A stretch of 64,000 nucleotides of DNA from Eledone cirrhosa (GCA_964016885.1 OZ024742.1:232190001-232254000); one strand, 5' to 3'; positions 1 through 33,030 are shown, counted from the stretch's first letter. Notes: a model not told the origin generated them from the letters alone. Numbers and translations: made by a program.

Positions 1-2592
1 TTACATGTTCTGTTGCTAAACTGTTGACTTCTGATGCCACATGAAGATAGTTGTGATTCATCCATATATACATACATATATATCAGGTCTAGTCTTGGAC
101 CATCTTATCTACCATATCATTTGTGCTTCATGTTTATTATTTTGTGTCAAGTCACTTTTTACTTTATCACAGGTTTTTAGCAGAATATGCCTCTCTGAAC
201 CATTCTCGGGATTGATATATGATTTGGCTATTTTTTTTAAAGGTTGCACCGCATTGATTATCATTTTCAAGCATATGCACATTATGTATGAAGCATGCCA
301 GCATGTCCTTTTAAATGTTACACAAACATGACCATCAACTGTTCTGAGATCTTCAAAAAATCGAAGCCCTTTAATTTCCTGCAGTACATTTTAAAAAAGA
401 ACCACTCAGTCTGGCTGAGATGAAGTACAAACTCTACCTGAAGTACTGTGAAATCTTATGAAATGATCTTCAACTCCACGTCTTTTTCTTCTACTCCATT
501 TCTTTGATTTTCCATATTTAATAAAATGGTAACTGGTGATACAATAAAGTTTGAGCAAAATTCAGCATAGTTTTAAAAGAGCTTTAAGAGTAATATCTCT
601 AGCAAGTAAGAGTTTGTTGGACATGTTTCATTAGTAAAAAAAAAAAACTCTTTGTCTATTTTTGAAATGATCTGCAATTGCTGTATTGCAAGATATCTTT
701 CATGAATAGAAAAACTAAAAATTCTCTAAAGAATGCTGCTTAAGTAATTGACTTTCTTGATAGTCACTTCATCAGATTCCTAGATTACTAGATAGATTTG
801 ATGAAATTACAAAATTCTAGATTAATATGAGTTTTAGTCAAGTGAAGACAGGAACTGTCTATCTATTATATTTTATTCAACTCTCTCCATAAAATCTAAT
901 CAGCAGGGGGTTTTCTGTGATATGAAGAATATCCATATTCATCTGTTTGAATATTTTTTTTTATGGTTTTAGGTAACATTCGGTACATTTTAAAAACTTT
1001 TATGTAAGGTGAAATAAAATTTAGAAAAACACATAGACCATGCACCATTTGAGTTCAAACTATTTCAAAGAGATCCTTGCCTGTGTTAGGACCTGAAAGT
1101 TCAGCTGAGTTAACAGAATCAATTTGATTAGCTTCAATTTTGTTGACCAGCCAAATCCAACAAGAGGCAATCCTCTTTTTTGCCATTCAATAGTGTACAT
1201 GTGGCCTCTTATTGACCAAAATATACTAGGATTTCTCATTAAATCCACCATATTATAAATGAAACACTCTGGCTGTGAGATCATGTCTGTGATTGTATGT
1301 TCATCCTGAATTTCCTCCCATTTAGCATTGCATGTAAATGTGATAAATAGGCCACATCAACCATAAGTGAGAACCTTTGTGATAGTTTGTTCATGTATTT
1401 AATGTGGACTGCCTATAAAAGTTGATAGGAAAATCTGAAATTGGTCAAACTCTCTTCCAGTTACACCATTGTTGATGCTATCTCTTAGATGTATATGTAA
1501 ATCATATCTTGATTATCTCAGATGCATAAAACTTTTGCTTCTATTTGTACATATATAACTTCAAATTGATAATAAAAGGTCAACAGAGGATAATTTAGTG
1601 GATTATTATAAACACAGAAATCCTTGCTACAATTTATACCTGCTTGAGGAACTCCAAAGCCATATCCATCTCCTCTGCAGGCAAACAATAAAGGATATTG
1701 CAAAACTTTAAAAGATCTATAGGTTTCATTGATGAATTACAGTGTTTCTTTGACCTTTAAAACAAGGTCTATTTTGCCATGTTCTTGACCAGTAATGATA
1801 ACATCGACTTCATTGGACTCTGGAAGATGAAATCATCAAGTATGTTATCTCTAGTCAGCATCAATGGTGATTTTGTATTCTGTAGTAGAGCATATCTTGA
1901 TGTTCAACAATTAGTCCCAATCTCCAAATGAAGATACCTTGGTTCTTCTTGAGGTAATCATTTTAATGAACTTATTCTATAGTATATATAAATATATTCA
2001 ACTTTAAATGTTGCCATGAATTCTACTTCAATGATAATATTAGCTACAAATGGTAATTTGAACTGCAGAATGTTATGCTTGAATATTTTCTAAGTGTTTA
2101 GATTCAGATGTAATGCCTGTAAGTAGAGTTTTCAAAGGTTCTAGAGGTTCCCAAAAAATGCAGGTTAACTTTTCCATTAGTAAAACACATTCCTGATGAT
2201 TCTTTATCTCATGTTTTAGTACCAAACCTATCACATATTTTAGACATTGATCCAATAGTAACCACTTTGTCAGATGCATAATTATATTGTGGAATATAGT
2301 TAAAAGAACTTACATTCCACTGTGAAGCATTGCAAGCTCGAGATTGTGTTTGAGCTTGTCTTCTTCTTTGATGTCTTTGAGTAGCCTGCCTTTCAGCTTG
2401 AGCTCGAAGTCTAGCTTTACGATGTTCCAAAGTCTCTTCCTGTAATTGAACAGCCTGTCTTGCAGCTTGTGCATGAAGTCTTTGCTTGTGTTCTTCTTCT
2501 GTTTCAGAGGCTCTTTGTGCATGCACTCTTTTAGCAGCAGAAGACTTTCCAAAGAAAGAGCGTTTCTTGGGTGGCATAATCACCTGTATCAC
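1..2592 (-). mobile_element. Degenerate Helitron Rep/helicase (RepHel) remnant, continues off the left edge
   Basis: Minus-strand fragments in the expected order: N-terminal ETEEEHKQRL...FNYIPQYNYASDKVVTIGSMSKIC (2209-2592), QYPLLFACRGDGY (1518-1703), Rep motif YTIEWQKRGLP (1060-1284), DLRTVDGHVCVTFK (~310-350). Many stops and frameshifts. Confidence 0.85.
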
Positions 2593-2899
2593 TAAACAAT
2601 AATGAGCAATTCACAAAGTTAATAAATTACTTATGAAATCACTTATCACTATTTAAAAAAAATTGCTTTTGGAAATACTAAATTAACAGTAAGGTGATCT
2701 AAGGGTCTCCCTCTATAACACTTTCTATGTGCAGAAATGTGATTATGTTTGTATATTTATCACATAAAATGCAATAATCAAATACAAAATAAATATCCCC
2801 ATTAAATTTTTTGTAAAAACTGCTTTGTGTTTAAGTTGATTAGTAGTCAGATTGGGCATAATGCGTGATACAATAATTATTTAAGTGAAAGATAAAAGT

Positions 2900-4079
2900 T
2901 TATATGACGATTTGCAGGAAAAAAAAAGTTAAACTTCTAATGCAAAAACTTTTTCTGGATAGTTAAGAATAGTTTAAAAGGTTTAAGCAATATCTTAATT
3001 TGCCCAACATTAAAATGATCAGTGAAGCTGCCAGTGCTGATACAAGACTGCCACTGATTATTCTGAAGAGATGAAGAAAATGATTGTTGAAGGAAGCTAT
3101 AGAACATGTGTACAATGTTGATGAAACTGTGTTTTTCTGGAGGTGCATGCCCAATGGAAGTTTCATCTCTTGAGAAGAAAAATCAACACAAAGATTTAAT
3201 GCTTCCACAATTTGCCTGATGTTTGTGAAAGGAAATGCTGTTGGCAATATGCCAAGTATGATATTTCAAACAAAGCATTGTTACTTTTAGATAATGCACC
3301 AAGCCATCCAGTGAACTTAAATGATCTTTCTTATAATGTAAAAGTAGAATATATCCCTAAGAAAACAACTTCTTTGCTCCAAATAATGGATCAACATATG
3401 CTAACAAACTGCAAGTCATATTATCTGAGATCTTTGCAACAACTTATAAAAGCAATTGCTGAAGGAAATAAATCTACAGTTAGAGACATTATGGATTTCA
3501 AAGCTGTCATAGTATATGAATGGTGTTTGGAAAAACATGGCAAAACTGCATTCATCATTTGACAAGTTTTTTTCCCAGCAGAAAGACATCAAATTTGGAA
3601 AGATATTGTGACACTGGTAAATGATGTAAGGTTTGAAGAATTTGTAGAAGTAGTCATCGAGTTGCTAGAGTCCCAAAGAGAAAGTTTGTCATGAAGAACT
3701 GATGCAGTTAGAACAAGAGTAAGTTTCAAGGTAAGAAGATCCACTTAAGTTGGCTGCAAAGGATATTTGCTAAAGGGATGGCACTTATAGATGAAGGTCT
3801 GCAAGTTTCTACTGATAACAATATTAATTGTGAACATAACATAAATCAAGAGGAGTTTTTAATGAACTCAGTTCTACAATAAACTATACAAAGAGATGAT
3901 GTGCTATAAGCATCAAAGAACTTTGGATAAATTCTTCATTCCTCAAGCAGATGTTGATGATAATCTGGTAGTCCCAATGCATTACCTCACCTCATGTATT
4001 TTTCTTCAAAAGAAAATAGATTTCGCATTATAGTAACATTTTCAGGAATGCAATAATTCCATAAACTGAGGGACATCTG
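2900..4079 (+). mobile_element. Tigger/pogo DNA transposon remnant (DDE_1 transposase, 3' part)
   Basis: VYNVDETVFFWRCMP (~3108-3150) and LLLLDNAPSHP (ORF 3212-3562). Ends in a Tigger-like terminus ...GAGGGACATCTG followed by TA at 4080. Confidence 0.8.
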
Positions 4080-4422
4080 TATATATAATATACATATCTA
4101 CAAGTGCTGGTGCCATGATAAAATGCACCCAACTATAGAAACTATACCAAACAAATGGTTGGGAGGACTCTTCAGTTGTATCATGAACATGACCTCTCTA
4201 GTACTGGTGCCACAACAAAATGCACTCAGTGAAGTAATTAACATTAAGGGCATCCAGCTGTAGAAACCATGTCAAAACTGGAACATATACTGTATAAGTG
4301 AGGCATGGTCTCCAGCTCATCTAGAAAGACAGTATCTCTAAGTATTAATTTGGTCTGTAATGGTGTGTCCAAGCTATGCTAACATGGAAAAACGAATGTA
4401 CAATGATGACAATGATATAATA

Positions 4423-5604
4423 TGAGGGTGGGCTGAAATGTTCATAAGCTGACTATGAAGGAGTGATGCTAGAGCTGTGAAATCTTGCATGCATTAATTC
4501 CAACTCTTCTTAACTGCATTGTTTCTTTCCAGGTAAACTGACATCTGAATGTTCAAAGAAGACTTCAAAAGTAACCAGAAGCGACGACTTCTCTTGAAAA
4601 TGAACAAAATTTGGCATTGTGGTATTATCAAGTACCTGCAGAAAAAGGGTTTAGCCCAAAAGAACATTCATACTGACATGGTTGTTATATTAGGAGATGA
4701 TGCTCCAGTGTTATCAACAGTGCAAAAGTGGACACCTGAATTTAGGAGGGGAAGAGAAAGTCTTTAAGATAACCCAAGGTCTGGACATCCTGCAACTGCC
4801 ACCACCAAGAAAAACTTTGATCCTATTCGCCACATGGTGATGGATAACAAGCGATTGACTATAAATTAAATAGGCAATGCTATTAGCATATCCTGTGGGA
4901 GAGTTGAGAATATTCTGCACAATGAACTTGGCATGACAAACGTTTCTGCTCGGTGGTGCTACGTCTTCTGGTACCTGATCACATTATGGGAAAATCTGAG
5001 ATTGTCTGAGGCAGATCCAGGCTGGTTTCCTTGATCATTTCCTAACCCATCACTTTGAGCCAAAAACAAAGAGACAACTCATGCAATGGAAACATTCCTC
5101 ATCACCTGCTCCAAAGAAGATGAAGATCATTTCATCTGCAAGAAAGGTGATGGCCTCAGTTTTTTGAGATGCAAAAGGCATTGTGTTTATTGACTATCTT
5201 CAAAAGTGCAACACCATTAATGGCGAGTACTACGCCAACTTGCTGAGGCAGTTACAAAAGATCATCAAGACCAAACGCCCCAAAAAACTGATGAAAGGGG
5301 TCTTGTTTCATTGGCTGCTGTGCGTGACTGTGGCTTTGAACGGATTAATCACCCTCCCTATTTTCCTGATTAGGCCCCCCATATGAAAAAACACTTGGCT
5401 GGGAACCAGTATTACAGTGATGATGATGTCATATCTATTGTTGATGACTTTTTTGACCAACGGGATGAAAGCTTCTTCACCAATGGGATCCAAGCACTGC
5501 AACACCAATGAAAGAAGTGTGGACTACATTGAAAAATAAACCTCATTTGGTCACATCCCATGAGAGTATCTTGGGCAGCCTATGAACTTTTCAGCCAACC
5601 CTCG
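4423..5604 (+). mobile_element. Near full-length mariner element with inactivated DD34D transposase
   Basis: TIRs TGAGGGTGGGCTGAAATGTTCATAAGCTG (4423) and CAGCCTATGAACTTTTCAGCCAACCCTCG (to 5604), TA on both sides. Mariner peptides IHTDMVVILGDDAPVLSTVQKW..EFRRGRESL and IDYLQKCNTINGEYYANLLRQL, broken by stops. Confidence 0.92.
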
Positions 5605-5699
5605 TATATCAGCATCATCGTTTTTATGTCCAATTTTCCTTATTTACAAGGGTTATTTGAAACTTCTATACAGCATCTCTTCTTTTGTCATTTCCTTTG

Positions 5700-7015
5700 T
5701 GAATTTAATCATTCTGAGATCAGCTTTCCCTTATGCTCAGGTCTTGCCCTTCCTTGGTTTCCCTTTTCTTCATCTAAAGATCATTATGTGCTCATGCCAG
5801 TGCAATCTTGTCTCCTGCTATGATTCTTGTAACCAATTCTTTCCTCAATTCGAACACGCTGAATTCATTTCTTTCTCGCCTTCTCATGTCCTCCACATTC
5901 AGTGCATATATCTTACTACCACACAACATTGCACTATATAAGCAAGCATTATACAATCCACACCTCTTTTGGAGAGAGAATTCCTTTGTTGCTACCCTAT
6001 TCTTATTCTAGCTACAATGCTTTCGGAGAGACTTTCTCCATTGCTAATTTAGTCACTTAGGTAACAGAAACTATCAACTACTTCTATGGAACCTTCAGTG
6101 GATTGGAAATAGTTTATTTTGCTGGTGCTCTTATTCCAACTATCCCTTTACATCTGCCATATAAAAAGTCTACCCTCTGTTAGCCTGCCTGCAATCCCAT
6201 AACACCTCTTGTCTACCCATATTTTACACTGAGTACACCATATAAAATTCTTATATATCAATCATGATCATTTCCCTGCAAGGTCTTATCTTCTTTCCTA
6301 CTTACTAAAATTTTAATTTTTGCTAAGTTTATTCTGAGTCCTTTAAATTCCAGGTTTTGATTCCATAACTGGAATTTTTTCTCTAGATCTTCCACTAGGT
6401 CATTAGTGAACAAGAGTTCCCATGGACAACCAATTTTAAATGTAATGGCCTAGAGAACTATACTAGGAGAGGGCCACCCACCTGCATACTAAATTCTTCA
6501 CTAAAGTTACTGAGAACTCTTACTTTACAGACAACATATCTGTACATGGCTTGCAATATTCTCACAGTCCATTCATTTACACCTAGTTTTTTTTTATAGC
6601 ACCATCAGACTAAAGCATGTGGTACCTTGTCAAAGACCTTCTCCAAATCAACAAATGCTTGGTATAGTGGCTTAATTTTAGCTAGAAACTTCTCTTGTAG
6701 TTGTTGCACCAAAGAAGAGAGCATTGGCTGTACTTCAACCTAACACAAAATTAAACTGCATCTCTAATTTCTCTTCCTAATCAGCTGCGCTTAAAACTTC
6801 CAATGGCTTACATTTTTAGCATTTCTGCAATTATTCCATAAGGCCCAGTGGGTTTTCCTTTCTTCATATCCTTAATGGTCTCTTTAACCATTTAACAATA
6901 GCTGATGTTCCTCCCATACATTTAGCAGCCTTTCATAGTAACACTTCCATGCTTCTTTCTTCTAAACATCAACGAGGCCAAATGCACTGGTCATTCGGGC
7001 CACACTTTTCCTTGG
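5700..7015 (-). mobile_element. Old RTE-clade LINE fragment (RT to C-terminus)
   Basis: Minus-strand AFVDLEKVFDKVP (~6620-6660) and LYNACLYSAMLCGSK (~5910-5960); same family as the copy at 41.7-43.8 kb. Confidence 0.75.
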
Positions 7016-7029
7016 CAACGCTTTCATTT

Positions 7030-7197
7030 ACTGTTTATGTTCCGTAACTTAACAGTTCGAGAAAAGAGATCGTCAAAATAAGTACCAGACTTTAAGCAAT
7101 AAGTACCGGTACTTATTGCTTAAAGTCAATATTTTCGACTAAATCTCTTCAAAATGGCACCCCAGCATGGCCGCTGTCTAATTATCGAATCCAGTAA
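7030..7197 (+). mobile_element. SINE 3' half containing a perfect 40-bp palindrome
   Basis: Matches SINE body and tail at 48070-48215 (AAGTACCAGACTT...CCCCAGCA...CCAGTAA); palindrome at 7088-7127. Confidence 0.65.
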
Positions 7198-7209
7198 TCT
7201 ATATAGCTG

Positions 7210-7420
7210 CTTCCACAGAACTCCACCCGACAATAATATAATCTGAATTTATTTATTCCAAATTAGTTGAGTTGAATCAGTTCCCTGTAATTAATTGACT
7301 CCAGATTGACAGACATACAATATGGATTAACCTTAACCCTAATTTGGAATAAATTAGTTCGGATTATACTGTCTTATTTATATTGATTTATCGTCGGGTG
7401 GGATAGGGTATTCTGGAGAA
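7210..7420. mobile_element. Small fold-back element (MITE-like)
   Basis: CCACCCGACAATAA / TTATCGTCGGGTGG and ATTTATTCCAAATTAG / CTAATTTGGAATAAAT form nested inverted pairs. Confidence 0.5.
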
Positions 7421-8775
7421 ACATCTATATATATATAGTATATATATATACACACACACATATACCAGTAATGCACTGGGTAATTGCTGGCCTTGTGCCT
7501 AAAGTAGAAACAATTATATATACACTGAGTCTCGTAGTTTCCGTCTACCAATTTCACACGCAAGGCATTGGTCAGCCCGAGGCTAATATTAGAAATGTGA
7601 CAGCCAGTAAAATAAAATCTGGATCAACCTCATGGATGTGAAGTGAACTTCTTAACCACACAAGTGATGTATATCAATAATGGATAAAGGAAAAATACCC
7701 GTGCAATATATATATATACACAGACACGCACGCACACAAAAATACATATACAAGTATACAGACATCCAGCTCATCGTCTCAACACTTATCACAACCTTGC
7801 TTTGTAACTCATACCACACAGCGACACATAGCATCTCTCTGAAGAAATGAAATATATATGTATGAGAGAGAGAGAGAGAGAGAGGGGGAGAGAGAGAGTT
7901 ATTTTATGGCAGACGCTATCTAACAATATTTTTCTCCATGTAAGGTGACATCAAAATATATATTGGCTAGCCTCCGTGTTGAAGAAAGGAGTTTCTAGTA
8001 GTTGCTAGATTTGCTGGAAATAGCAGCAAATTTTCCTTGAAATTATATCCTGCCGTCATAAATATAGGATATACTGGACAGTGTAAATCCTTATATACAA
8101 AAGATGGGCTGGTCACAACTGGAACGCCTTTCATCGCAAGTCTTTGATCAAAGCCTATTTGGCGCTAAATGACAAAATTCTCCGATGAAGTTCTCCGTGC
8201 TACATGCTAAAAATAACAGTCGCATTTTTCCCAAATCACACCCTCATGTCTTAAATTAGGAAAGCACTCATTGCACAATGTAGTCCTATATATAAAAAAA
8301 CCCAGGAGGGCAGTGTTTCTATTGGTTATCAAATTCTATCATATGCCAACTCGAAACATCGTGGATATGAAAACAAGATTGTCTGGAGAGCTAAAATATA
8401 AGACACGATCGGGTTCGATATGTAATATTGTGATTTGATCAACTGAAGATTATGCAAACAATTAGGACAAAAACTCCCTTTGAGATTGTTTAAAATCTAA
8501 AAACGACAACCAGCGAGGAATTCCAATCAAATCAGTGGATTGAAATTTTGGACAATTTGGTGAAAGCAGTGACTGGTTTAAAATTTCGACGAAACAGTTA
8601 TCGTATATAAACACAGGCTGCTATTTTTATCAGTGCAATATAATTAAAATTGATCACTGGATAATTAAAGCAATTTACTAAAATTAACAGCAGTCTGATT
8701 ACCCAATAAAATAAATAAAATGTTTATTTACGTAAATGACTAATGAGAAAATTAAACGTGATGAATGAACTATAC

Positions 8776-8865
8776 CTCATCAACCATGATCGAGCAGACA
8801 AATGATGACAGGTATTTCTGGTGGTTGACTTAATATGCTGCCCAGGTTAACACAAACAATTGGTC
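8776..8865 (-). other. Possible exon (5'UTR plus start M-V-D-E) of a gene divergent from WBP4
   Basis: Minus-strand acceptor TACTTTTAG, ATC-ATG-G Kozak at 8787, donor GAG|GTATAG. No downstream exon found in the window. Confidence 0.25.
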
Positions 8866-10203
8866 CTAAAAGTACATTTAAGTTCCACTGTGTTGCAAGC
8901 ATTTGGGATAGGTCTCGTGTATGAGGATAACTTTTTTCCCGCCAGACACGAAGGTCTTGAAAATGCCATAGGATTTACTTTCCTCTGATTAGGACACAAA
9001 CAAAAGAGTCGAACGTGTCCTCTTCTTTAGGCAAGTAGGGATGTGATTTGGGAGAGATTCGGCTATTATTTCTAGCTGGACAAACAACTCCATAGTTGCA
9101 CCGATCTCTATTTTGTGATGGAAGTTCACTTTTTAAAAAGTTTTCTAAAATTTATAATAATTTTCTGAAATAGACACGAAATTGCATTGATTTTTCGGTT
9201 ATTGATTATCATCTGCTCAGATACAATGCATCAAGAACTACATTATCTGATCGACGTGTCTTTCCCTTTAAAATTTGATAGAGATTTCGTTATTTCTAGA
9301 AGGTAAAGTGAATAGTTAGTAAATCGGACAATAATGTTTTGCGGTATTTAGTTACGGCCCTTTACGTTCAGAGTTGAGATCCCGCCGAAGTCGCCTTTCA
9401 TCGTTCAATCAGTTGAAATAAAGCATCACTTAAGTGCTGGAGGCGATTTAATATTTCTATGAAGCATCCAAGATGTAGATCGAAAATACCATATAGATCG
9501 AGTCTAACTGGTTGGCCTGTAAACTTTGTTTTACACGTATATTTTTGTTTACGTTTATTTACTGTCAGTAATGACTAATTAACTCCCTTTTGATGGAGCA
9601 AGGGGACATCCTCATAACACCGCAGAGACTGATTTTAAAACTAAAAATCAAATTAGATATTTTTTTCAAAATTTCTATTTCTAATGTTTCGACAGCATTG
9701 GTGGATAAAAATAGTAAACAATCCAAATAAATGCAGGATAAAATGATTAAGAATAAGATTAGTGATCTAAATGTGGGTTTAAAAAATAAACGTAATTTAT
9801 CATGAATGATATTTGATATAGGAGTTTGTGCACAGCAAAAAAGACAGCACTTTCTAAACAGCAGAAATATGGAATACAGTATACAATGCATATAATTAGA
9901 AATGCAACAGTTATAGAATTAAACATAAAATGCCGACATTAAAAAAAAAAAACTATGAAAATAAAAATAAAGAAAGCCCTAAAAATAAAATTAACAATTT
10001 CACTAACCATCTTAATATTTGCAATCCATTTCCTAAGCTAGAAAGCTTTCCAAGAGGTTCATAATATTGTCAAATTTGCAATTATAATGGCCCTATGTAG
10101 TGGAAACCGAAGTTGTCCTTGACTCTGCAGCACAAGATTTTGCTTCTAAGTTTGGTAATAAAAGTGGCAAAAATACGAATGATACTATTTTCATAGTAGG
10201 ATT

Positions 10204-10236
<33 letters not shown>

Positions 10237-11364
10237 AATTTTGTATATTATATTGAGATTACAGATTTAGAGTTTTAAGTAGATTGAGATCAGAATATTA
10301 TGCTTTCTGTAATAGCATAGAAAAACACAGCGATCGTGTTACCATTCCTTAAGTATTCTTGTTATCCTTAAAATTCGTGCTTCTTTGTATTCCTTAAAAA
10401 AAACAACTTCTAATTACTTATAGTAACAGAAACGAAACTGGAGAAAAGTCTGTCATGAAATGAGCACACAGCAACTCTTGCTAACAGCAACTGTAGTTTT
10501 TAGTTGAATTTCTCGGAAGAAACAACAGAAAAGCAACAACAGAGTCTGCGCCATGACACCTTAAAGAAATTCTATTTATTCATTGAAGTGGAGGGGTAGC
10601 TTCCTGTATTTTGAGGAAACAGCTAACAAGATTTGTGATTGGTTTATAATTTAAGAGGTCGCCGTTGTTAGTTTTTATCACTGAGCAACTCTTATTGCTT
10701 GTTGTAATATTTACGTCGGCTGCTTTTTTTTTTTTTTTTAAGATTGTTCAAACTTTACCTTTTTTAGTGATTTTAGAGTAACATTCTTATATTTTTGTAT
10801 TTTTGTTGGTTTAAGGTGATAAAATAATTTTATTTATAAGCGAAATAATTAAACCATTAATTAAATCGGTATTATTGAAATTATTGCACATTGTCAATCT
10901 GAGTTGATTTAATTTATTTTTAAAGCAATTTTTTTTATTTATTCAATTAGTGAAAGTTGGTTGATCGTATAATCCGTCGACTTTTTTGTAAACAGACGTC
11001 AAGCACTCTACAATTTGTATTCCTGTGTGTGTGAGAGAGAGAGAGAGAGAGAGGGGGGAGGGAGAAAGAGAGAGAGAGAACTATAAATTCAGATAATTTG
11101 TTACATTTGCTTCTAAAATAATTTTCTTCTTGAAAGGAAATAAATACATAAATTGGTTATAAAAAGATATCAATAATTTTATTAGGACTATTAAAATAAA
11201 GTTAATTACTTTTAATCATATCATATTTTACTCATCGTATTTATTTGTCAATTTTCCAATAACAGACATGAACTATTCTTTATTACCATCACTCGTTTGT
11301 CACACCTGTAACTTATTCACCAGAAACTACAACTTCGTATAACCAAAATTTAAAAAAAAATAAT

Positions 11365-11580
11365 GCTGTTGTTGTATAGCCCAAGGTCAACCCTCATCCA
11401 GCAGACCTACTATCAACGGCGTTCAAACCATCATTATCCAGTTTTCCTTTCAGTCATAGTATATCTAGAACTACATTATCGAATGTGTCCTTTTTCGTTT
11501 ATGAGAGTAGGGTATGATTTGAAGGAGAATTTGGCTGCTATTGCTAGCATGTTTGGGTGACTACGTAGAATCTGCTTTGT
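11365..11580 (+). mobile_element. Dispersed repeat family (other copies ~7960-8290, 8950-9100, 23900-24110, 61925-62095)
   Basis: Shared motifs GCAGACCTA.GA and GATTTG(A)GGAGA.TTGGCTGCTATT.CTAGC on both strands. Confidence 0.6.
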
Positions 11581-11599
11581 TCTCAGTATTTATCGCAGA

Positions 11600-11659
11600 T
11601 TCATTAATGCTGATGCGGTGCTCGTTAGCGCATGTGTCTAAACAGTTTCCTGTGTAGTC
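11600..11659 (+). promoter_or_regulatory. Probable WBP4 core promoter / 5'UTR
   Basis: Locally CpG-containing (GCGGTGCTCGTTAGCGCATGTG, NRF1-like) with an ETS-like TTTCCTG just before GTC-AT|GTAAGT. Confidence 0.4.
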
Positions 11660-30475
<18,816 letters not shown>

Positions 30476-30502
30476 CATTATTACTTAATGAAGAAATTTA
30501 AG

Positions 30503-30508
30503 AATAAA
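30503..30508 (+). terminator. Candidate WBP4 polyadenylation signal AATAAA
   Basis: AATAAA 27 nt after the stop, followed by T-rich sequence. Confidence 0.5.
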
Positions 30509-32044
30509 AATACTACAAACATTTATTTTTTTAAAACCCTTTTACAGTTGTAATTTTTAATGAAAATACATCCTTGCTAGCTCACTCTTTCTCCCTCTCT
30601 CTCTCCACGACCACTCCAGAAACCAACACTTACTCCCCCCCCCCCCCCCCAATCATAAATTACTCTGCCGAATTCCTCATTCCTTGCCCAATTATGCCAG
30701 TATAGAAAGCCAGGTGCAATACTGCCAAACATTACTAACCTCCCTTTAGTCTATCCCTCCTTGTATGGGCTAGTAACAGCCATTATGACTGCTTCGCCTT
30801 AAAAATTAGTCGTTTTTTAGTTTACTGCAATTTTCCACTAGTAAAGATACTATAAACATTTGAATTTCATGATTTGGCTGTTCTGTTAATTGAACAACTG
30901 GAACACTCATTGTCAAGACTGACAGATGTTCTTTCCATGTTATTAATATTGAAAATATGTTGAAAAAATAATATATATAGCAAACCCTTTAAACAGTCTT
31001 AACTATGGAATGAAACTGGTAATAATCTATCTATAATAGTATTCTGTTATACACACACACAACCACAATGGTAATGCTTTAACAAATGTTAATGGGCTGT
31101 ACTATGTTAATCTTAACAAATAGCCCACTCTGTAAAATGGTATTACTGGTGTCATGATAAAAAGCACTCAGCCCATACTATAAAGCAATAGTGTTTGTGT
31201 GCAATGACAAAAAGCACCCAGTCCACACAAAATGGTAGTGCTGGTGCAATGTTATAAGGCACCCGGTCCACCCTGTAACGGAGAAGTGCTGGAGTCACAA
31301 TAAAATGCTCCTAGTACATGTTATAAAGTGATTGACATTAGGAAGGGCACCCAATCATAGAAACCAAGCAAAAAGTGAAACATATGAGCAAGATGTCACT
31401 TAACTAGTCTAGCCACAGTACATGACAACCCTTCTAACTCATGCAAGTATGGAAAATAGACTTTAAATGGTGATGTTAATACACTGTTTCCTAAGACTGT
31501 TACAGGCCAATACTGGGTACATCTTAAGGCCATTGCTAAAAGGAGATTAAAGGAGCCAACACTTTTATAAATTAGAACAAGATTGTTAAAATATGTTCTT
31601 TTATTTGTGACAAATGTGGAGGATTGTTCTAAAGTTAAGAAGGAATATGTTTATTAGCTAACAAAGATAACAAACCCATTAGACAATCAAAACATTACCT
31701 TCAATTGTTCAAATTATTAGAGAATGTACACTGCATATGTATATGTACCTCAAGAGTAGGAACATAGTTTTAAAGTGTAAATCCAAGACAAGCATCATCA
31801 TTGAGATACAAAGCGAATCAACCAGAATAAGTATACACCTGAAAGTGGATAAAAATGATTTCACATAAAAGATAATTATAGTTTGTACCATTAAAATATA
31901 AATTTATTGCACAACAGAATACTGACAATAACCTTTATATCACAAGTAATCCTAAGAAAACTTGACTGAGAGACTGAAAGCAGGTGAATTATGAGGCTGA
32001 GGTGTAAGTATTCAATGGAATATCTTTGATATATCTGTAGCAAA

Positions 32045-32341
32045 ATTATCCAGGTAGAGCTGCTACTTTTCCAAATTGAGAGATCACAACTCCAATACTA
32101 TGGGCATGTGGTTAGAATGTCTCAGGAAAGAATCGTTAGATAGATTTTACAGGCAAAACCAACCAGCAAGAGACCCAGAACAAGATGGTTGGATAACATC
32201 CATGAGCTTGGCAGATCTCACTTGGGGATCCAGCCAGATCAGTTGGAGATGGTTGCTTCTGACTGGACCCACTGAAAGGGGGTGTTTGATGACTCTTCCC
32301 CTATGACCCTCTCAGGAATAAGTGGCCAAGGAAGAAGAAGT
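32045..32341 (+). mobile_element. Short 3'-end copy of the RTE at 15.9-17.7 kb (also 45150-45397 on + and 46315-46680 on -)
   Basis: GGGCATGTGGTTAGAATGTCTCAGG...AGGAATAAGTGG...GAAGAAGAA. Confidence 0.85.
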
Positions 32342-33030
32342 TAAATTTGCTGTGGTATATTTTCATATTATATGCCACATTAAAAAACTATATCAATACC
32401 TAGAGGTATATAAGGCATGTCACAGATTACAAAGGCCTCTCAGAGATGTGACAACAGACTTTGACTGTAGCAGTGCTGGTTCTTTCAACCAACTACTAAA
32501 CTGTGCTGATTAGTATATACATCAAGGTGTTATCTTCATTGTATCTCTATATTCAATCTGCCTCTCTCTAATACATCTGGTTTATAGGTGCCATTATATC
32601 TAAATACACGTACATCCCAACAAAATACTCTCCTCATACATGTTATTTCCAGGTTTTGCATGTGGTTTTTTTTTGTCACATAGATTTGTTGAATTCCATG
32701 GCAAGAAATATCTATATTTATCAGTCTTGTTTCCATGTTGGTTTATACCAATGCTTTGGGGAAACCATTTTTCCCACTTCAACCACATATTAACAACTAA
32801 TGGTCACATTGACCACTGATCTACCAACTCGACCAAACATTACTGCTAAATATCTATTGGAAGAAACTAGTAGATATAGGCTCAACAACACTACTAAATA
32901 CAACTCACAGAAAAACATGATAAGGAAACAAATCAAAAAAATTTCTACCCAAATACAAAAATATTTACACATAAATATTTCTCTGAATATGATTATATCT
33001 TACTTTTTCTGGTCAGATAAATTAGTTTTG

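Noticed and set aside
4549-5510. SETMAR-like host gene
   Set aside because: No SET domain, multiple stops, bounded by TIRs and TA.
9565-9891. 108-aa hydrophobic ORF
   Set aside because: AT-rich composition, no recognisable motif and no convincing splice support.
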